Counted from the stretch's first letter, positions 19,232 through 29,140 are shown. The stretch is DNA of 64,000 nucleotides from Sphingobacterium yanglingense (GCA_040395455.1 JBEBQJ010000004.1:9678-73677), one strand, 5' to 3'. A program made the numbers and translations. The notes: generated by a model from the letters alone, not told the origin.

Positions 19232-19984
19232 TTATGTTGACAAAAAAAGGTTTATCCATGGGGACAAGGACCTAGATTTACGCAAAGGTCCCCCTATAGT
19301 TTGTCTAAAAAATTCTAAATGGTGGAGATTTAAGTAATCAATCTCTGCATTTTTCTTGGACTTAGACATACTCTTTCGTCTTGACGTAGAGTGTATTCGG
19401 TAATAAAATCCTACAAACGGAAGTTTTACCACTTCTCCCCCATTTTTCAGCATCTTAATCCAGAACTCCCAATCTTCACGGACAAGCACAGTCTCCTCGG
19501 TATATCCCCCCACTCGAGACCAGTCAGCCTTCCTGTATATAGCACTTACATAGATCATATTATCCATTGCAAGAGCCTTTCTAGAATAAGGCTTCAGCTT
19601 CCATAATTTGTTTACTGCACCAAACTTTTCTGCCTCAGCATACACAACTTTTACCTCTGGACGACTGTCCAAAACATCCACAGCTTTGCCTATATAATCT
19701 GGACTGATTAAATCATCTGCATCAAGAGGAAGTATATATATTCCATGAGCGTGAGCAATCCCATTATTCCTAGCTGCAGATGGCCCCTGATTCTCTTGGT
19801 ACAGATAATGCACATTTGCAAATTCGTTTACTAAGCTATCTGCAACCAGCCTGCTATCATCAGTAGAGCCATCATCCACGATAATTATCTCTATATTTTT
19901 ATAGAAAGACGCTAATATAGAGGAAATAGTTTCTTTCAAAAAGTGACCATGATTAAAACATGGAACTACAACGCTTACCATCAC
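19232..19984 (-). CDS. Glycosyltransferase family 2
   Basis: The N-terminus VSVVVPCFNHGHFLKETISSIL...IIIVDDGSTDDS and the motif ILPLDADD fit GT2. Confidence 0.85.
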   Translation of the reverse strand: MMVSVVVPCFNHGHFLKETISSILASFYKNIEIIIVDDGSTDDSRLVADSLVNEFANVHYLYQENQGPSAARNNGIAHAHGIYILPLDADDLISPDYIGKAVDVLDSRPEVKVVYAEAEKFGAVNKLWKLKPYSRKALAMDNMIYVSAIYRKADWSRVGGYTEETVLVREDWEFWIKMLKNGGEVVKLPFVGFYYRIHSTSRRKSMSKSKKNAEIDYLNLHHLEFFRQTIGGPLRKSRSLSPWINLFLST

Positions 19985-21510
19985 TATTGCATTAATTTAT
20001 CGTAATCTACAACGGACAAGTCAGATTTTAGATATCTAATATTTCCATTTCTGCGAATATCCGATGTGTCCACACCTAGCAACCGGGCTATCTCGTAATA
20101 ATTTATTCTTAAAGATTCTAACATATTAATTTCTCCTTTATCAACCAATTCGGGAGCTACTTGTCGCGAATACCAAATATAATAAGGAATTTCTGTACCT
20201 TCCTTAGAGTCTGAATGTATAAAACGATTATTATGGAGCTTTTCTGCATGGTCGGACAAATATACAAGTGCTGCATCATGATATTCTAGCTTGTTAAAAA
20301 GACTTCCTAGTATATAGTCGGTATACCGTACTGAATTATCATAACAGTCAATCACATTACTATCTCCACTCAAAACATGATGCTCAGCAGGATATTTATC
20401 GCAAGCATTAGAATGAGAACCATTGATATGTAGAATGATAAAATTGTATTCATTGGCACGTTCCTTTAATATCTTGTCCACTTCATTTAATAACACCTCA
20501 TCATAACCTGCAAACCATTTGGCATCATCTGCGAAAGAAGCCATATTACTCACTGTAGAAACATACATATTTCCTTGTTCTTGCGTGCTAAGCCAATATG
20601 TGTGATAATCCAAGTGGTTCGCTAGCCGTAGAATATTGTCACCGAACTGTCCTTTCCCCAAATAGTAATCATCCTCGGCTACTGGTGATAATAACAGAGG
20701 AACCGACAGTAGAGTGATTCCAGCTTGGCTAACCATATTCTGATAGAATTTCATTTCCCCTTTCCGTTTATCTTGGTTAGGTGTTGTTAAACGATTATAT
20801 CCATATAGCGACATATTTTGCCGCCGCGCAGATTCCCCAATAACTAAGATGATGTTTTTAACTTTTTTATTACCCACCTTCATTTTTGAATAATCTGCTT
20901 TGTAATTTTTAATATCCCTCAACTCCAGACTTTCATCTCCAGCTTGACTTAACGTTCTAAAATTAAAAAACATCGTGTTTCTAAAAAAAGCAGAAAGTTT
21001 ACTTTCTACCACACTACTTTTAGATTGATAATACATCATTGAGCATAAAGGGACCAACAACCAAAGAAACATAAGGTAGAACGTCGCTTTATTCTTAGTC
21101 AAGTAATTGGGGACATTGCGGACAACGAAGTATTGAAATATAACAACTACAACAAATACAAGTACAACTAGCATCATGGTAGAAATCATACTTAAAGCCT
21201 CTTGAAAATTTGAGTTTAACAAACTAAGTGCCATGCCATAAGTAAACTTCGACCCATAAATCAACCAGGTAGCTAAAGCTAAAACCTGATTAAACGATAA
21301 AAGAATCAATCCAACAACAACAATGCAACTACCTAAAATCGTTTTTCTATGATATAAATACGCTAGGAATACATAAAAGGTCAGAGTGACGACAGTAATA
21401 ATCAATAGCTCTTCAACGTAGGTCTTCTCAAGAGACAAAAAATAAATGATGCAATTAAACAATAAAGAGAAATATAATAGAAAGTGCTTCATATATAATA
21501 TTGGTATCAA
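19984..21510 (-). CDS. Phosphoethanolamine transferase (EptA/LptA-type, sulfatase superfamily)
   Basis: 508 aa. N-terminal TM helices are followed by a periplasmic sulfatase-like domain with LVIGESARRQNMSLYGYNRLTTPN and HINGSHSNACDKYP. Confidence 0.8.
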   Translation of the reverse strand: MIPILYMKHFLLYFSLLFNCIIYFLSLEKTYVEELLIITVVTLTFYVFLAYLYHRKTILGSCIVVVGLILLSFNQVLALATWLIYGSKFTYGMALSLLNSNFQEALSMISTMMLVVLVFVVVVIFQYFVVRNVPNYLTKNKATFYLMFLWLLVPLCSMMYYQSKSSVVESKLSAFFRNTMFFNFRTLSQAGDESLELRDIKNYKADYSKMKVGNKKVKNIILVIGESARRQNMSLYGYNRLTTPNQDKRKGEMKFYQNMVSQAGITLLSVPLLLSPVAEDDYYLGKGQFGDNILRLANHLDYHTYWLSTQEQGNMYVSTVSNMASFADDAKWFAGYDEVLLNEVDKILKERANEYNFIILHINGSHSNACDKYPAEHHVLSGDSNVIDCYDNSVRYTDYILGSLFNKLEYHDAALVYLSDHAEKLHNNRFIHSDSKEGTEIPYYIWYSRQVAPELVDKGEINMLESLRINYYEIARLLGVDTSDIRRNGNIRYLKSDLSVVDYDKLMQ

Positions 21511-21575
21511 AAAATTTCTACAAATGTAGCATATACAAGACTTTTAACGTATAAATATAAATTATATCTTTGCAT

Positions 21576-22409
21576 ATGACAATTACGGTCCTTATTCCCA
21601 ATTATAATGGAAGAGTTCTATTAGAGAAATTTCTACCCTCTGTATTTGCTTCTTTGGATATAGCCCAAGTGGAATTTGAATTTATCATTGTAGACGACTG
21701 TTCTTCAGATTCTTCTGTAGAATTTTTAAGATCAAATTATCCTAAAATAAAAGTTATCCAAAATAAAAAAAATCTAGGATTCTCTAAAACTTGTAATAGA
21801 GGAATAATGGCAGCCCAAGGACAAAAGCTACTATTACTCAATTCTGACATACAATTGACCCCCAATTATATTAAAATCTGTCTAGAAAGCTTCGTAGACC
21901 ACAATACTTTTGCAATAATGGGACAAGCTATTGATAGTAGCTGTAAACCCCAGACCACAGGTGTACTGTACAAACAACGTATATTTTCGGTCAAAAAATA
22001 TGCTAATCACCATAATAATGAAACTCATTTCGTATCTGGAGCCAACTCCATTTATGATACAAACAAACTAAAAGAACTAGGAGGCTTCAATCCCATATTC
22101 AGCCCTTACTATTTTGAAGATGACGACCTGAGTTTTAGAGCCATGCAAAAAGGCTGGAAAAGCTATTTCATCAAAGAGGCCGTCTGCTATCACCTTGGGT
22201 CAAGCACGATTAAGTCTGCTGCTAAAAAACGTAAAATAAAACGGATATACTTCCGGAACAAACTTATTTTTAACAGATTGCACTGTAAATCATCCACATC
22301 ATCTTTCAATAGAAAAGTATTAGCGACCACTGTTCTTCCAAAATATTGTGCAGGTCAATTTTGGATATGGAACAGCTACAAAGACTCATTATTATTAATG
22401 CAAAGCTAA
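21576..22409 (+). CDS. Glycosyltransferase family 2
   Basis: MTITVLIPNYNGRVLLEKFLPS...FIIVDDCSSDSS...LLNSD. The ORF track begins at a TTG (21570); the ATG at 21576 gives the canonical GT2 N-terminus. Confidence 0.85.
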   Translation: MTITVLIPNYNGRVLLEKFLPSVFASLDIAQVEFEFIIVDDCSSDSSVEFLRSNYPKIKVIQNKKNLGFSKTCNRGIMAAQGQKLLLLNSDIQLTPNYIKICLESFVDHNTFAIMGQAIDSSCKPQTTGVLYKQRIFSVKKYANHHNNETHFVSGANSIYDTNKLKELGGFNPIFSPYYFEDDDLSFRAMQKGWKSYFIKEAVCYHLGSSTIKSAAKKRKIKRIYFRNKLIFNRLHCKSSTSSFNRKVLATTVLPKYCAGQFWIWNSYKDSLLLMQS

Positions 22410-23452
22410 ATACTGTTGTGAAAAAGGAGGAGGAATCAGCTCAAAATAAAAAAATAATTCTCTGTGCACCAGCAGACTTCGGCTTATTTGACGCTATAAA
22501 AGAAGGACTTGAAGATTTAGAATACACTGTGCTGGGGTTTCCAATTGAAGATGGTAATTATAAATATAAAGGGATTACGCCTAGAATAATCAACGCTTTT
22601 AGAAAAGTTTTTTTTAATGATAAAGGCTATAAAAATAGGCTAAAATTAAAAGAAAGACGTACTTTTCTAAATTCGCAATTATCTTTAATAAGTTTTGCCG
22701 ATTACGCGCTATTTATTAGACCAGACATATATCCCATAGATTTTATAAAAAAGGTTCAAGACAAAGCTAATAAAACCTCTGCTTACCACTGGGACAGCGT
22801 AGATCGCTTTCCAACCGTAATAAACTACATCGACTTATTCGACAGATTCTTTTTATTCGACCGAGAAGATTCTTTACGTTTTCCAAACACTAAACTGACA
22901 ACAAACTTTTATTTTCCGGATTCTATTCCTACTCCTAATGTGGAAAAAAAAAGAGCGTATTTGCTAGGGAGTTGTGATTATGGCAGACTTGAACAATCGA
23001 TATTATTAAAGAACAAATTAGAGCTATTACATTACGACTGCGACTTCACACTAAGAACAAACAAAAGTAAAGAGATCGAACAACTCGAAAAACATGGAAT
23101 ATCGATTATTCAAGACGTTATTCGCTATGGTCAAAATATCTTAAACGTAAAAGAATCGACAGTTTTAATAGACCTCCACAATCAAAAACAGTCAGGTTTA
23201 TCATTTAGAGCATTTGAAGGCATCAATTACAACAAGAAACTAATTACAACAAACAAAAACATCGCCAAATATGACTTTTATCATCCCAATAATATTTTCA
23301 TTTGGGATGGAGAAAACGAAAATCAGCTAGAACAGTTTCTAAACGAAGATATTATAGAAATTCCGAACAACATAAAAATCAAATATGGTCTCCAAAATTG
23401 GTTAAACTACCTTATGGATGAACAGCCCTTTACCAAAATAAATGTCTTTTAG
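22346..23452 (+). CDS. Hypothetical protein, paralogue of 24281-25312 (possible CgeB-like GT-B C-terminal domain)
   Basis: It aligns along its length with the 343-aa protein at 24281-25312 (SFRAFEGINYNKKLITTN...DFYHPNNIF versus SFRIFEGLKFSKKVITTN...DFYHPNNFF). The listed ATG overlaps the upstream gene by 64 nt. By alignment, the GTG at 22418 is a plausible true start. Confidence 0.6.
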   Translation: MCRSILDMEQLQRLIIINAKLNTVVKKEEESAQNKKIILCAPADFGLFDAIKEGLEDLEYTVLGFPIEDGNYKYKGITPRIINAFRKVFFNDKGYKNRLKLKERRTFLNSQLSLISFADYALFIRPDIYPIDFIKKVQDKANKTSAYHWDSVDRFPTVINYIDLFDRFFLFDREDSLRFPNTKLTTNFYFPDSIPTPNVEKKRAYLLGSCDYGRLEQSILLKNKLELLHYDCDFTLRTNKSKEIEQLEKHGISIIQDVIRYGQNILNVKESTVLIDLHNQKQSGLSFRAFEGINYNKKLITTNKNIAKYDFYHPNNIFIWDGENENQLEQFLNEDIIEIPNNIKIKYGLQNWLNYLMDEQPFTKINVF

Positions 23453-24252
23453 GCCTTTTTCCTAAATTTGTAGAATAGTTTCCGATACCAAGTATTATAA
23501 TATTTCTCTTTGTATTTCGAGTTCACTAGGAGAACATACAATCCAAGACCATTCTCAAGATAGAATTGGTAATGCTTATTATAAATATAACTATAACTTA
23601 CTTCAATCCCATTTTCCTCTTGGACTTTATCAGTTATTGAGTCTCGTTCCATTCTTTTTCTATAATAATACAACGGCTCCTTAATCTGATGTACAAATGG
23701 CCCATATTTAGATATTATTCTAATCCATAGCTCCCAATCCTCATGATTGCGAAGCTTTTCATCAAAGCCGCCAACCGCCAATAAATGCGCCCGCCTTACC
23801 ATAGAAAATATTGGAACAACGTTGGTACAAAGAAAACGACTTAAAGAAAAATCACCGAAGTAAGTATCTTTATTAACTCTACCAAACTGTCTTACCCCAG
23901 AATAAACAAGATTTAATGTCGGATTGGCCTCGAAATTTAACAAGCATTTTGATATAAATGAAGGATCAAGCTTATCATCGGAATCTAAAAACACCACATA
24001 TTCTCCCTTTGCATATTGCAATCCCATATTACGCGCAACAGAAGGCCCCTGATTAGATTGAGAAATCAATCTAATTTCCAAATCCTTAAATTCAGTTATA
24101 AATCCTTGGACTCTTTGCCTTGTGTTATCGATTGAGCCATCATCAATCACGACAACCTCTATATTGCGATATTCTTGCAGCAATATAGAGGATAAACACT
24201 CTACAACTGTATTTTCAGCATTATACGCCGGAATAATTATACTTATTAACAT
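23449..24252 (-). CDS. Glycosyltransferase family 2
   Basis: ISIIIPAYNAENTVVECLSSIL...VVVIDDGSIDNT...VFLDSDD. Confidence 0.85.
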   Translation of the reverse strand: MLISIIIPAYNAENTVVECLSSILLQEYRNIEVVVIDDGSIDNTRQRVQGFITEFKDLEIRLISQSNQGPSVARNMGLQYAKGEYVVFLDSDDKLDPSFISKCLLNFEANPTLNLVYSGVRQFGRVNKDTYFGDFSLSRFLCTNVVPIFSMVRRAHLLAVGGFDEKLRNHEDWELWIRIISKYGPFVHQIKEPLYYYRKRMERDSITDKVQEENGIEVSYSYIYNKHYQFYLENGLGLYVLLVNSKYKEKYYNTWYRKLFYKFRKKA

Positions 24253-24280
24253 TTTACCGTAAAAACTTAAAGGATGACAA

Positions 24281-25312
24281 CTATTGCAAATAGTTTACGC
24301 AATTATTCTTTAGTTTAGAATTCAGCCAATTAGAAAATGAATATTTTGCTAAAAGGTCTTTATCAAGTTGGACAAAATCACTATCAAGAAATTCATCAAG
24401 TGCTTCCCAATTATTATCTGTCAATACAAAAAAATTATTAGGATGATAAAAGTCTGCTTCCTTTATAGTGGAATTTGTCGTAATGACTTTTTTACTAAAT
24501 TTAAGTCCTTCAAATATTCTAAATGAGTACCCCTTATGATCTGCAATCACTAAATCTATGATAATCTCTGAACCAATAATTGAATGGAGTTGCTCTTCAA
24601 ATGTTACATGATCATGTAACATTCGCATATGCTGCCTAATATAAGTAGATACATGCTCCAAGTTCTTTTTTTGACAAACTACAACAAAATCCACACTATC
24701 GAATTTTTTAGACAAATATTTGTGAATATTCACTAAATCTTGTTCACGACTAAGATGATGAGAACTCACATAGTAGACATTGTTCGTTTTTTTTCTAACT
24801 GGAACATCCAATAATGGGTCAGGATAATCAAAGTAAAAATTAGGAGAATACTCTAAACAATAATCAGGGAAAGAACGAACATCCGCAGGGTCAAAAACAT
24901 AAAACTGATCAAAAATAGAAACATAATCTAGGACGACCAGATCTCTAGAAATACCATCAAAATGAAAACTAATCAAGTAATCTGTTTTGTCTTTTGCCTT
25001 TTCAACTAGCTTTTTATCAAAAAAATCAGTTCTAATAATCAATCCTACATCGTATCGTTCTTCTTTACAGAGGATACTCATCTGTTTATCCGTAACAAAA
25101 TCCTTACGAATCTTCGACTTATACGATTTATCCTTAAAAAAGATTTTCCGTATAAAGTTATATAACCTCTGACTTAAAGAACGATATCTAAATGGATAGC
25201 CACTATCCTCAATATGAATCACTTCATAGCCCATGTACTCTAAATTCACTACAATTAATTTATAGAGTTCAAATGCTTTGGGGGCGATTAACAAAAATTT
25301 ACTTTTCGACAT
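24281..25312 (-). CDS. Hypothetical protein, paralogue of 22346-23452
   Basis: See 22346-23452. It is in inverted orientation relative to its paralogue, and the two flank a GT2 gene. Confidence 0.6.
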   Translation of the reverse strand: MSKSKFLLIAPKAFELYKLIVVNLEYMGYEVIHIEDSGYPFRYRSLSQRLYNFIRKIFFKDKSYKSKIRKDFVTDKQMSILCKEERYDVGLIIRTDFFDKKLVEKAKDKTDYLISFHFDGISRDLVVLDYVSIFDQFYVFDPADVRSFPDYCLEYSPNFYFDYPDPLLDVPVRKKTNNVYYVSSHHLSREQDLVNIHKYLSKKFDSVDFVVVCQKKNLEHVSTYIRQHMRMLHDHVTFEEQLHSIIGSEIIIDLVIADHKGYSFRIFEGLKFSKKVITTNSTIKEADFYHPNNFFVLTDNNWEALDEFLDSDFVQLDKDLLAKYSFSNWLNSKLKNNCVNYLQ

Positions 25313-25462
25313 ATTTAATATTCAGAAATCCCAAAATTATAAACTATTCAATTTTTAAACAATTTTATAATTACCTTCGGATGTGATTCATATGATACTT
25401 TACTATAAGACAGTAAATAGAACGTGAAAATTCACATTACGCTACGTTTAAAAAACACATTC

Positions 25463-26305
25463 ATGGGTCCAAAAGTTTCCATAATAATTCCATGCTTCAA
25501 CCAAGAACAGTTCTTGGAAGACACCTTAAAATCAGTTTTCAATCAAACATATGATAATTGGGAGTGTTTAATTATAGATGATGAATCCACCGATTCTTCG
25601 ACTAACATTGCAGAACGATGGTGTAAACAGGATTCAAGATACAAATTATTTCAGAAAAAAAACGGAGGAATTAGTAGCGCTCGTAATTACGGATTAAACC
25701 ATGCAACTGGTGATTATATTCAATTTCTTGACGGAGATGATTTATTATGCAACAACAAGCTTGATACATCATTAACTCATGCTAAAAACAATGAAGAAGT
25801 TATAATAACATCTTTTAATCATATAAAAAACGGGAAAAAACTACCTCCCTTTTGTAACCTAAGGAAAGATTATTTTACATATGAAAACATTCTGTTGAAA
25901 TGGGATGCAGACTTCTCAATACCTATCCACTGTGGCTTATTTAAGAAAAGCACTGTCGGCGACTTCCGGTTTGACGATAAAATCATAGCTGGCGAAGACT
26001 GGATATTCTGGTTATTTCTGTATGAAAAAAGGTCTAGCACTTGTTTCATTAATGAAGAATTAGTTGTCTACAGATTACATGACAAAAGCATTACCCATAA
26101 TGATGACCGCATGGCGGAAAAAAAACAAATAGCCCATTTAAAAATATACAATAGCCTTTCAAATGACAATAAAACACTTTTCTTCGAGCGCTTTTCAGTA
26201 GAAGTTCTAAATCTCAGAGCAAGGTTAAATAATATTCACCAACAAAACGAAAAAAAGAAAGAAAGAAAATTAAGCCGACGAATCAAAAGATTTTTTCTCA
26301 GGTAA
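25463..26305 (+). CDS. Glycosyltransferase family 2
   Basis: MGPKVSIIIPCFNQEQFLEDTLKSV...LIIDDESTDSS...FLDGDD. The ORF track start (25424) adds 13 non-family residues. Confidence 0.85.
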   Translation: MGPKVSIIIPCFNQEQFLEDTLKSVFNQTYDNWECLIIDDESTDSSTNIAERWCKQDSRYKLFQKKNGGISSARNYGLNHATGDYIQFLDGDDLLCNNKLDTSLTHAKNNEEVIITSFNHIKNGKKLPPFCNLRKDYFTYENILLKWDADFSIPIHCGLFKKSTVGDFRFDDKIIAGEDWIFWLFLYEKRSSTCFINEELVVYRLHDKSITHNDDRMAEKKQIAHLKIYNSLSNDNKTLFFERFSVEVLNLRARLNNIHQQNEKKKERKLSRRIKRFFLR

Positions 26306-26364
26306 CTCTCTAGATATACTTGCATCATTACTTCCTTATTGAGATTTCACCAAAGAGCAGCGTA

Positions 26365-27204
26365 CTATTGTCTCTTGGGAAGAAATAAGAGAATAAAGCT
26401 CATAAAAGTCTTCATAATCCTATTGGCCACAGGAAAGCCTTGTATATATTCAAAATGCAATTGTCTTTTAGTTTTATGATCTTTTATCCTTTCTAATTCT
26501 TTCAAAGCATTATACTCCTTCCAATAAACAGGAAACCTGTTCTCAATAATAAAATCTCGCTCTTGTTGATGGATTAGACTCGTTTCTGAAAGTGATGAAA
26601 TCCCCGTTAAATCATAACGTGCAACAAACTCATTTATGTGAATGAATCTCACACTGTGATTAAGATACATTTTTATAAAAAAATACCAATCAGAGGATAT
26701 TTTAAAAGATTGATCATAAAATCCATATTTAACAAAAAGTTCTCTTTTTATAGCTGTAGCTTGATGATTAAGTGTACTAAATAACCAAAATGATAGATTA
26801 AGGTCTATTGGCTGTATAATACTCCGAATTGTGCGCCCCCCCTCTTCACCTATGGTGTTACCATAATACACGTCAGCATTCGTTTCATCAATAGAATTAG
26901 CGTATAATTCTAAAGAAGAAGCGTTGTAAAAGCAATCTCCACTATTCATGAAAATAAGATAATCACCTTTTGCTTTTTTTATTCCTTTATTCATCGCATC
27001 ATAAACACCATCATCCTGTTCAGAAACATAATAGTCAATTTCGGATTCGTATTTCTGAATGACTTCTAAGCTGCCGTCTATACTTCCTCCATCAATAATC
27101 AAAAATTCAAAATCATTAAATGATTGTCCCAAAATGCTAGTTATTGTCCTTTGTAAACCGTTCTGGTTATTAAAATTAATAGTTATTATAGAGAACCTCA
27201 TCAA
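26365..27204 (-). CDS. Glycosyltransferase family 2
   Basis: FSIITINFNNQNGLQRTITSIL...FLIIDGGSIDGS...FMNSGD. Confidence 0.85.
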   Translation of the reverse strand: MMRFSIITINFNNQNGLQRTITSILGQSFNDFEFLIIDGGSIDGSLEVIQKYESEIDYYVSEQDDGVYDAMNKGIKKAKGDYLIFMNSGDCFYNASSLELYANSIDETNADVYYGNTIGEEGGRTIRSIIQPIDLNLSFWLFSTLNHQATAIKRELFVKYGFYDQSFKISSDWYFFIKMYLNHSVRFIHINEFVARYDLTGISSLSETSLIHQQERDFIIENRFPVYWKEYNALKELERIKDHKTKRQLHFEYIQGFPVANRIMKTFMSFILLFLPKRQ

Positions 27205-27488
27205 TTTATTTCAGGCTATTTTATTGAAAATATAAAGTTAGAATACATTAAATAAGAATCCTAACCTAATATTAAGATTTATACAATTCTTAAAACGCAT
27301 GCAACATTACTAATAAGTTAGAACATATTCAAAATATCCTCTACTTGAAGTAATTCTTTCCTTGGAAGCATTGATTCTATAAACAGCCACACACCCTTCC
27401 CTATGGTAACGCATTACGGAAGGTAAACAACAGAAAATCAAATGGCTTACTTTTTAATAAAATTCACGAAAACTAAAAATTTATTAAC

Positions 27489-27496
27489 TATATTTG
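27489..27496 (+). promoter_or_regulatory. Candidate -7 promoter box (TATATTTG)
   Basis: Exact TAnnTTTG match 19 nt upstream of the ATG at 27515. Confidence 0.4.
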
Positions 27497-27514
27497 ATAG
27501 AATAACTTAAAACT

Positions 27515-28267
27515 ATGAAATTTCTGATACCGACCTTCCTCCTTTTCTTTGCGATATCGTGGGTATCTTGCCAAAAAGATGGTCAAGAAATTTTGACAGA
27601 AGAAGAAAATCTAGCATTCGACCCGATTAATAGAGACAGTATTTCGTTTACACTGAATGGAATAACATATAGTTCCAAGGAGATGGATGGTTTTGGATTT
27701 GCCAACAAACAAACCAATATTATGCCCTACACTCAGCCAATGGGTACTCGAGAGGCTGCATATATCACAGGAGGGCATTGGTGGTACGGCGAAAACGACT
27801 CACTCTTATTTGAACAGACGTTTTCATTCAAATCTCCCGAGTTTACTACTATCGCTATTGGTCTAAGCCAAAAATACGCTACTAAAGACCTTGTAAAGAA
27901 AGACAATCTATTAGTTCCTTATAAAAACGACTCCACTTTTCAAGTTGGGCCAAAAGATTTTGCAACAGACAACGACCTAGAAAATAAAACCCATGGGGTA
28001 AGCTTGGAGTTAAATCCAGTACAGACCAAAGAAAGGCTGACAACAGCAATACCTGCTATGTCTATACTGGTAAGGTCACACCTCGACAACCACTTACAAG
28101 ACGACTCGTACTTCCACATCATTAGTATAGATACCTTAAAAAATGATGCTTTACGAGTGGAAGCACGATTCGAAGCCAATATATATGATGAAGATGGTAC
28201 AGCTTACCGGATTAAAGATGGATTTGTTCGCTTAAAAACGAAACTCAAGCAACTCGATGTCAAATAA
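27515..28267 (+). CDS. Hypothetical lipoprotein
   Basis: It has a signal peptide with a lipobox-like Cys (FFAISWVSC-QKDG). I recognised no family. Confidence 0.6.
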   Translation: MKFLIPTFLLFFAISWVSCQKDGQEILTEEENLAFDPINRDSISFTLNGITYSSKEMDGFGFANKQTNIMPYTQPMGTREAAYITGGHWWYGENDSLLFEQTFSFKSPEFTTIAIGLSQKYATKDLVKKDNLLVPYKNDSTFQVGPKDFATDNDLENKTHGVSLELNPVQTKERLTTAIPAMSILVRSHLDNHLQDDSYFHIISIDTLKNDALRVEARFEANIYDEDGTAYRIKDGFVRLKTKLKQLDVK

Positions 28268-28760
28268 AAAACTATATATCATTCGGCACGCTAAGGCTGA
28301 GATACCGACTTGGGAAAAGAAAGACTTTGACCGGAATATCATGGACAAAGGAGCGGCTCGCTCTCAATACATCTCAAACAAGCTAAAAGATATACTCACT
28401 ATAGACGACAATACAGCCGTAATCTCTTCTACTGCTAATAGAGCAATACAGACAGCACATATATTCTGCACCTCATTAGACTTTCCATTACAGCATATCC
28501 TACAGACCAGAGCTATATACGAGGCCTATTACCTTGATATACTAAATATCATCAATGAAATACCGGACCATATCGATAAGCTCGTCCTATTTGGTCACAA
28601 CCCAGGCCTGTCCGATCTGACTAACTATATTTGCAATAGCTACATCGAATTGAAAACATCACACTGTGCTGTAATAACGCTAGAAGAAGGAATCGATTTC
28701 GCTAGTTTATCTGGAGGAACAGGAACCTTAATACAAACAATTACAGAACATTCCAGCTAA
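28257..28760 (+). CDS. Histidine phosphatase family protein (SixA-like)
   Basis: The RHG motif is present at the N-terminus (LYIIRHAKAE), along with a second catalytic His motif (LFGHNPGLSDL). At 167 aa, the size fits SixA. Confidence 0.75.
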   Translation: MSNKKLYIIRHAKAEIPTWEKKDFDRNIMDKGAARSQYISNKLKDILTIDDNTAVISSTANRAIQTAHIFCTSLDFPLQHILQTRAIYEAYYLDILNIINEIPDHIDKLVLFGHNPGLSDLTNYICNSYIELKTSHCAVITLEEGIDFASLSGGTGTLIQTITEHSS

Positions 28761-28896
28761 GATTAACCAAAAGTTAATTTCGAACAAAAACCAAATCTGA
28801 CCATTTATACCATTAAAAAATAAACGTCCTCAAAACGCTCTATTTTGCTTCTACGACGATTTTGATTTTTCTAGAGATAAAGTCAGCTGTTTTTCC

Positions 28897-28920
28897 AAAA
28901 AATGGCCGCGGCCATTTTTT
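28897..28920. terminator. Palindromic hairpin AAAAAATGGCC-GC-GGCCATTTTTT (bidirectional-terminator-like)
   Basis: Perfect 24-nt palindrome with a GC core and flanking A and T runs, 137 nt after the SixA-like stop. Confidence 0.6.
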
Positions 28921-28923
28921 ATT

Positions 28924-28979
28924 TTGCCTAAGTCTTTTTCCAAAGTTGCTTAGGCAAGTTTGGAAAAACGCTTAGGCAA
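28924..28979. repeat. Long inverted repeat (21-nt arms) with an embedded third CTTAGGCAA copy
   Basis: Arm 28924-28944 (TTGCCTAAGTCTTTTTCCAAA) pairs with arm 28959-28979 (TTTGGAAAAACGCTTAGGCAA) at 20 of 21 positions, including one G-U. The 14-nt loop contains another CTTAGGCAA that can pair alternatively. Confidence 0.8.
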
Positions 28980-29140
28980 GTTCCAAAAACTATTGGATTC
29001 AACAAGTGATTTCCACAAAACCAGACAGACACAATCACAAAACAACAATAAAACAACTTTTAAAGAAATTATTTTTACTCTACGATTTTGGATATACGAA
29101 GAGAATTATAGGGTAAATAACTTTTACGTACCTTCGCTAT

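Noticed and set aside
21565-21572. Exact TAnnTTTG box (TATCTTTG) in front of the GT2 gene at 21576.
   Set aside because: It ends only 3 nt before the ATG, so the expected transcription start would fall inside the coding sequence. I do not report it as a promoter.
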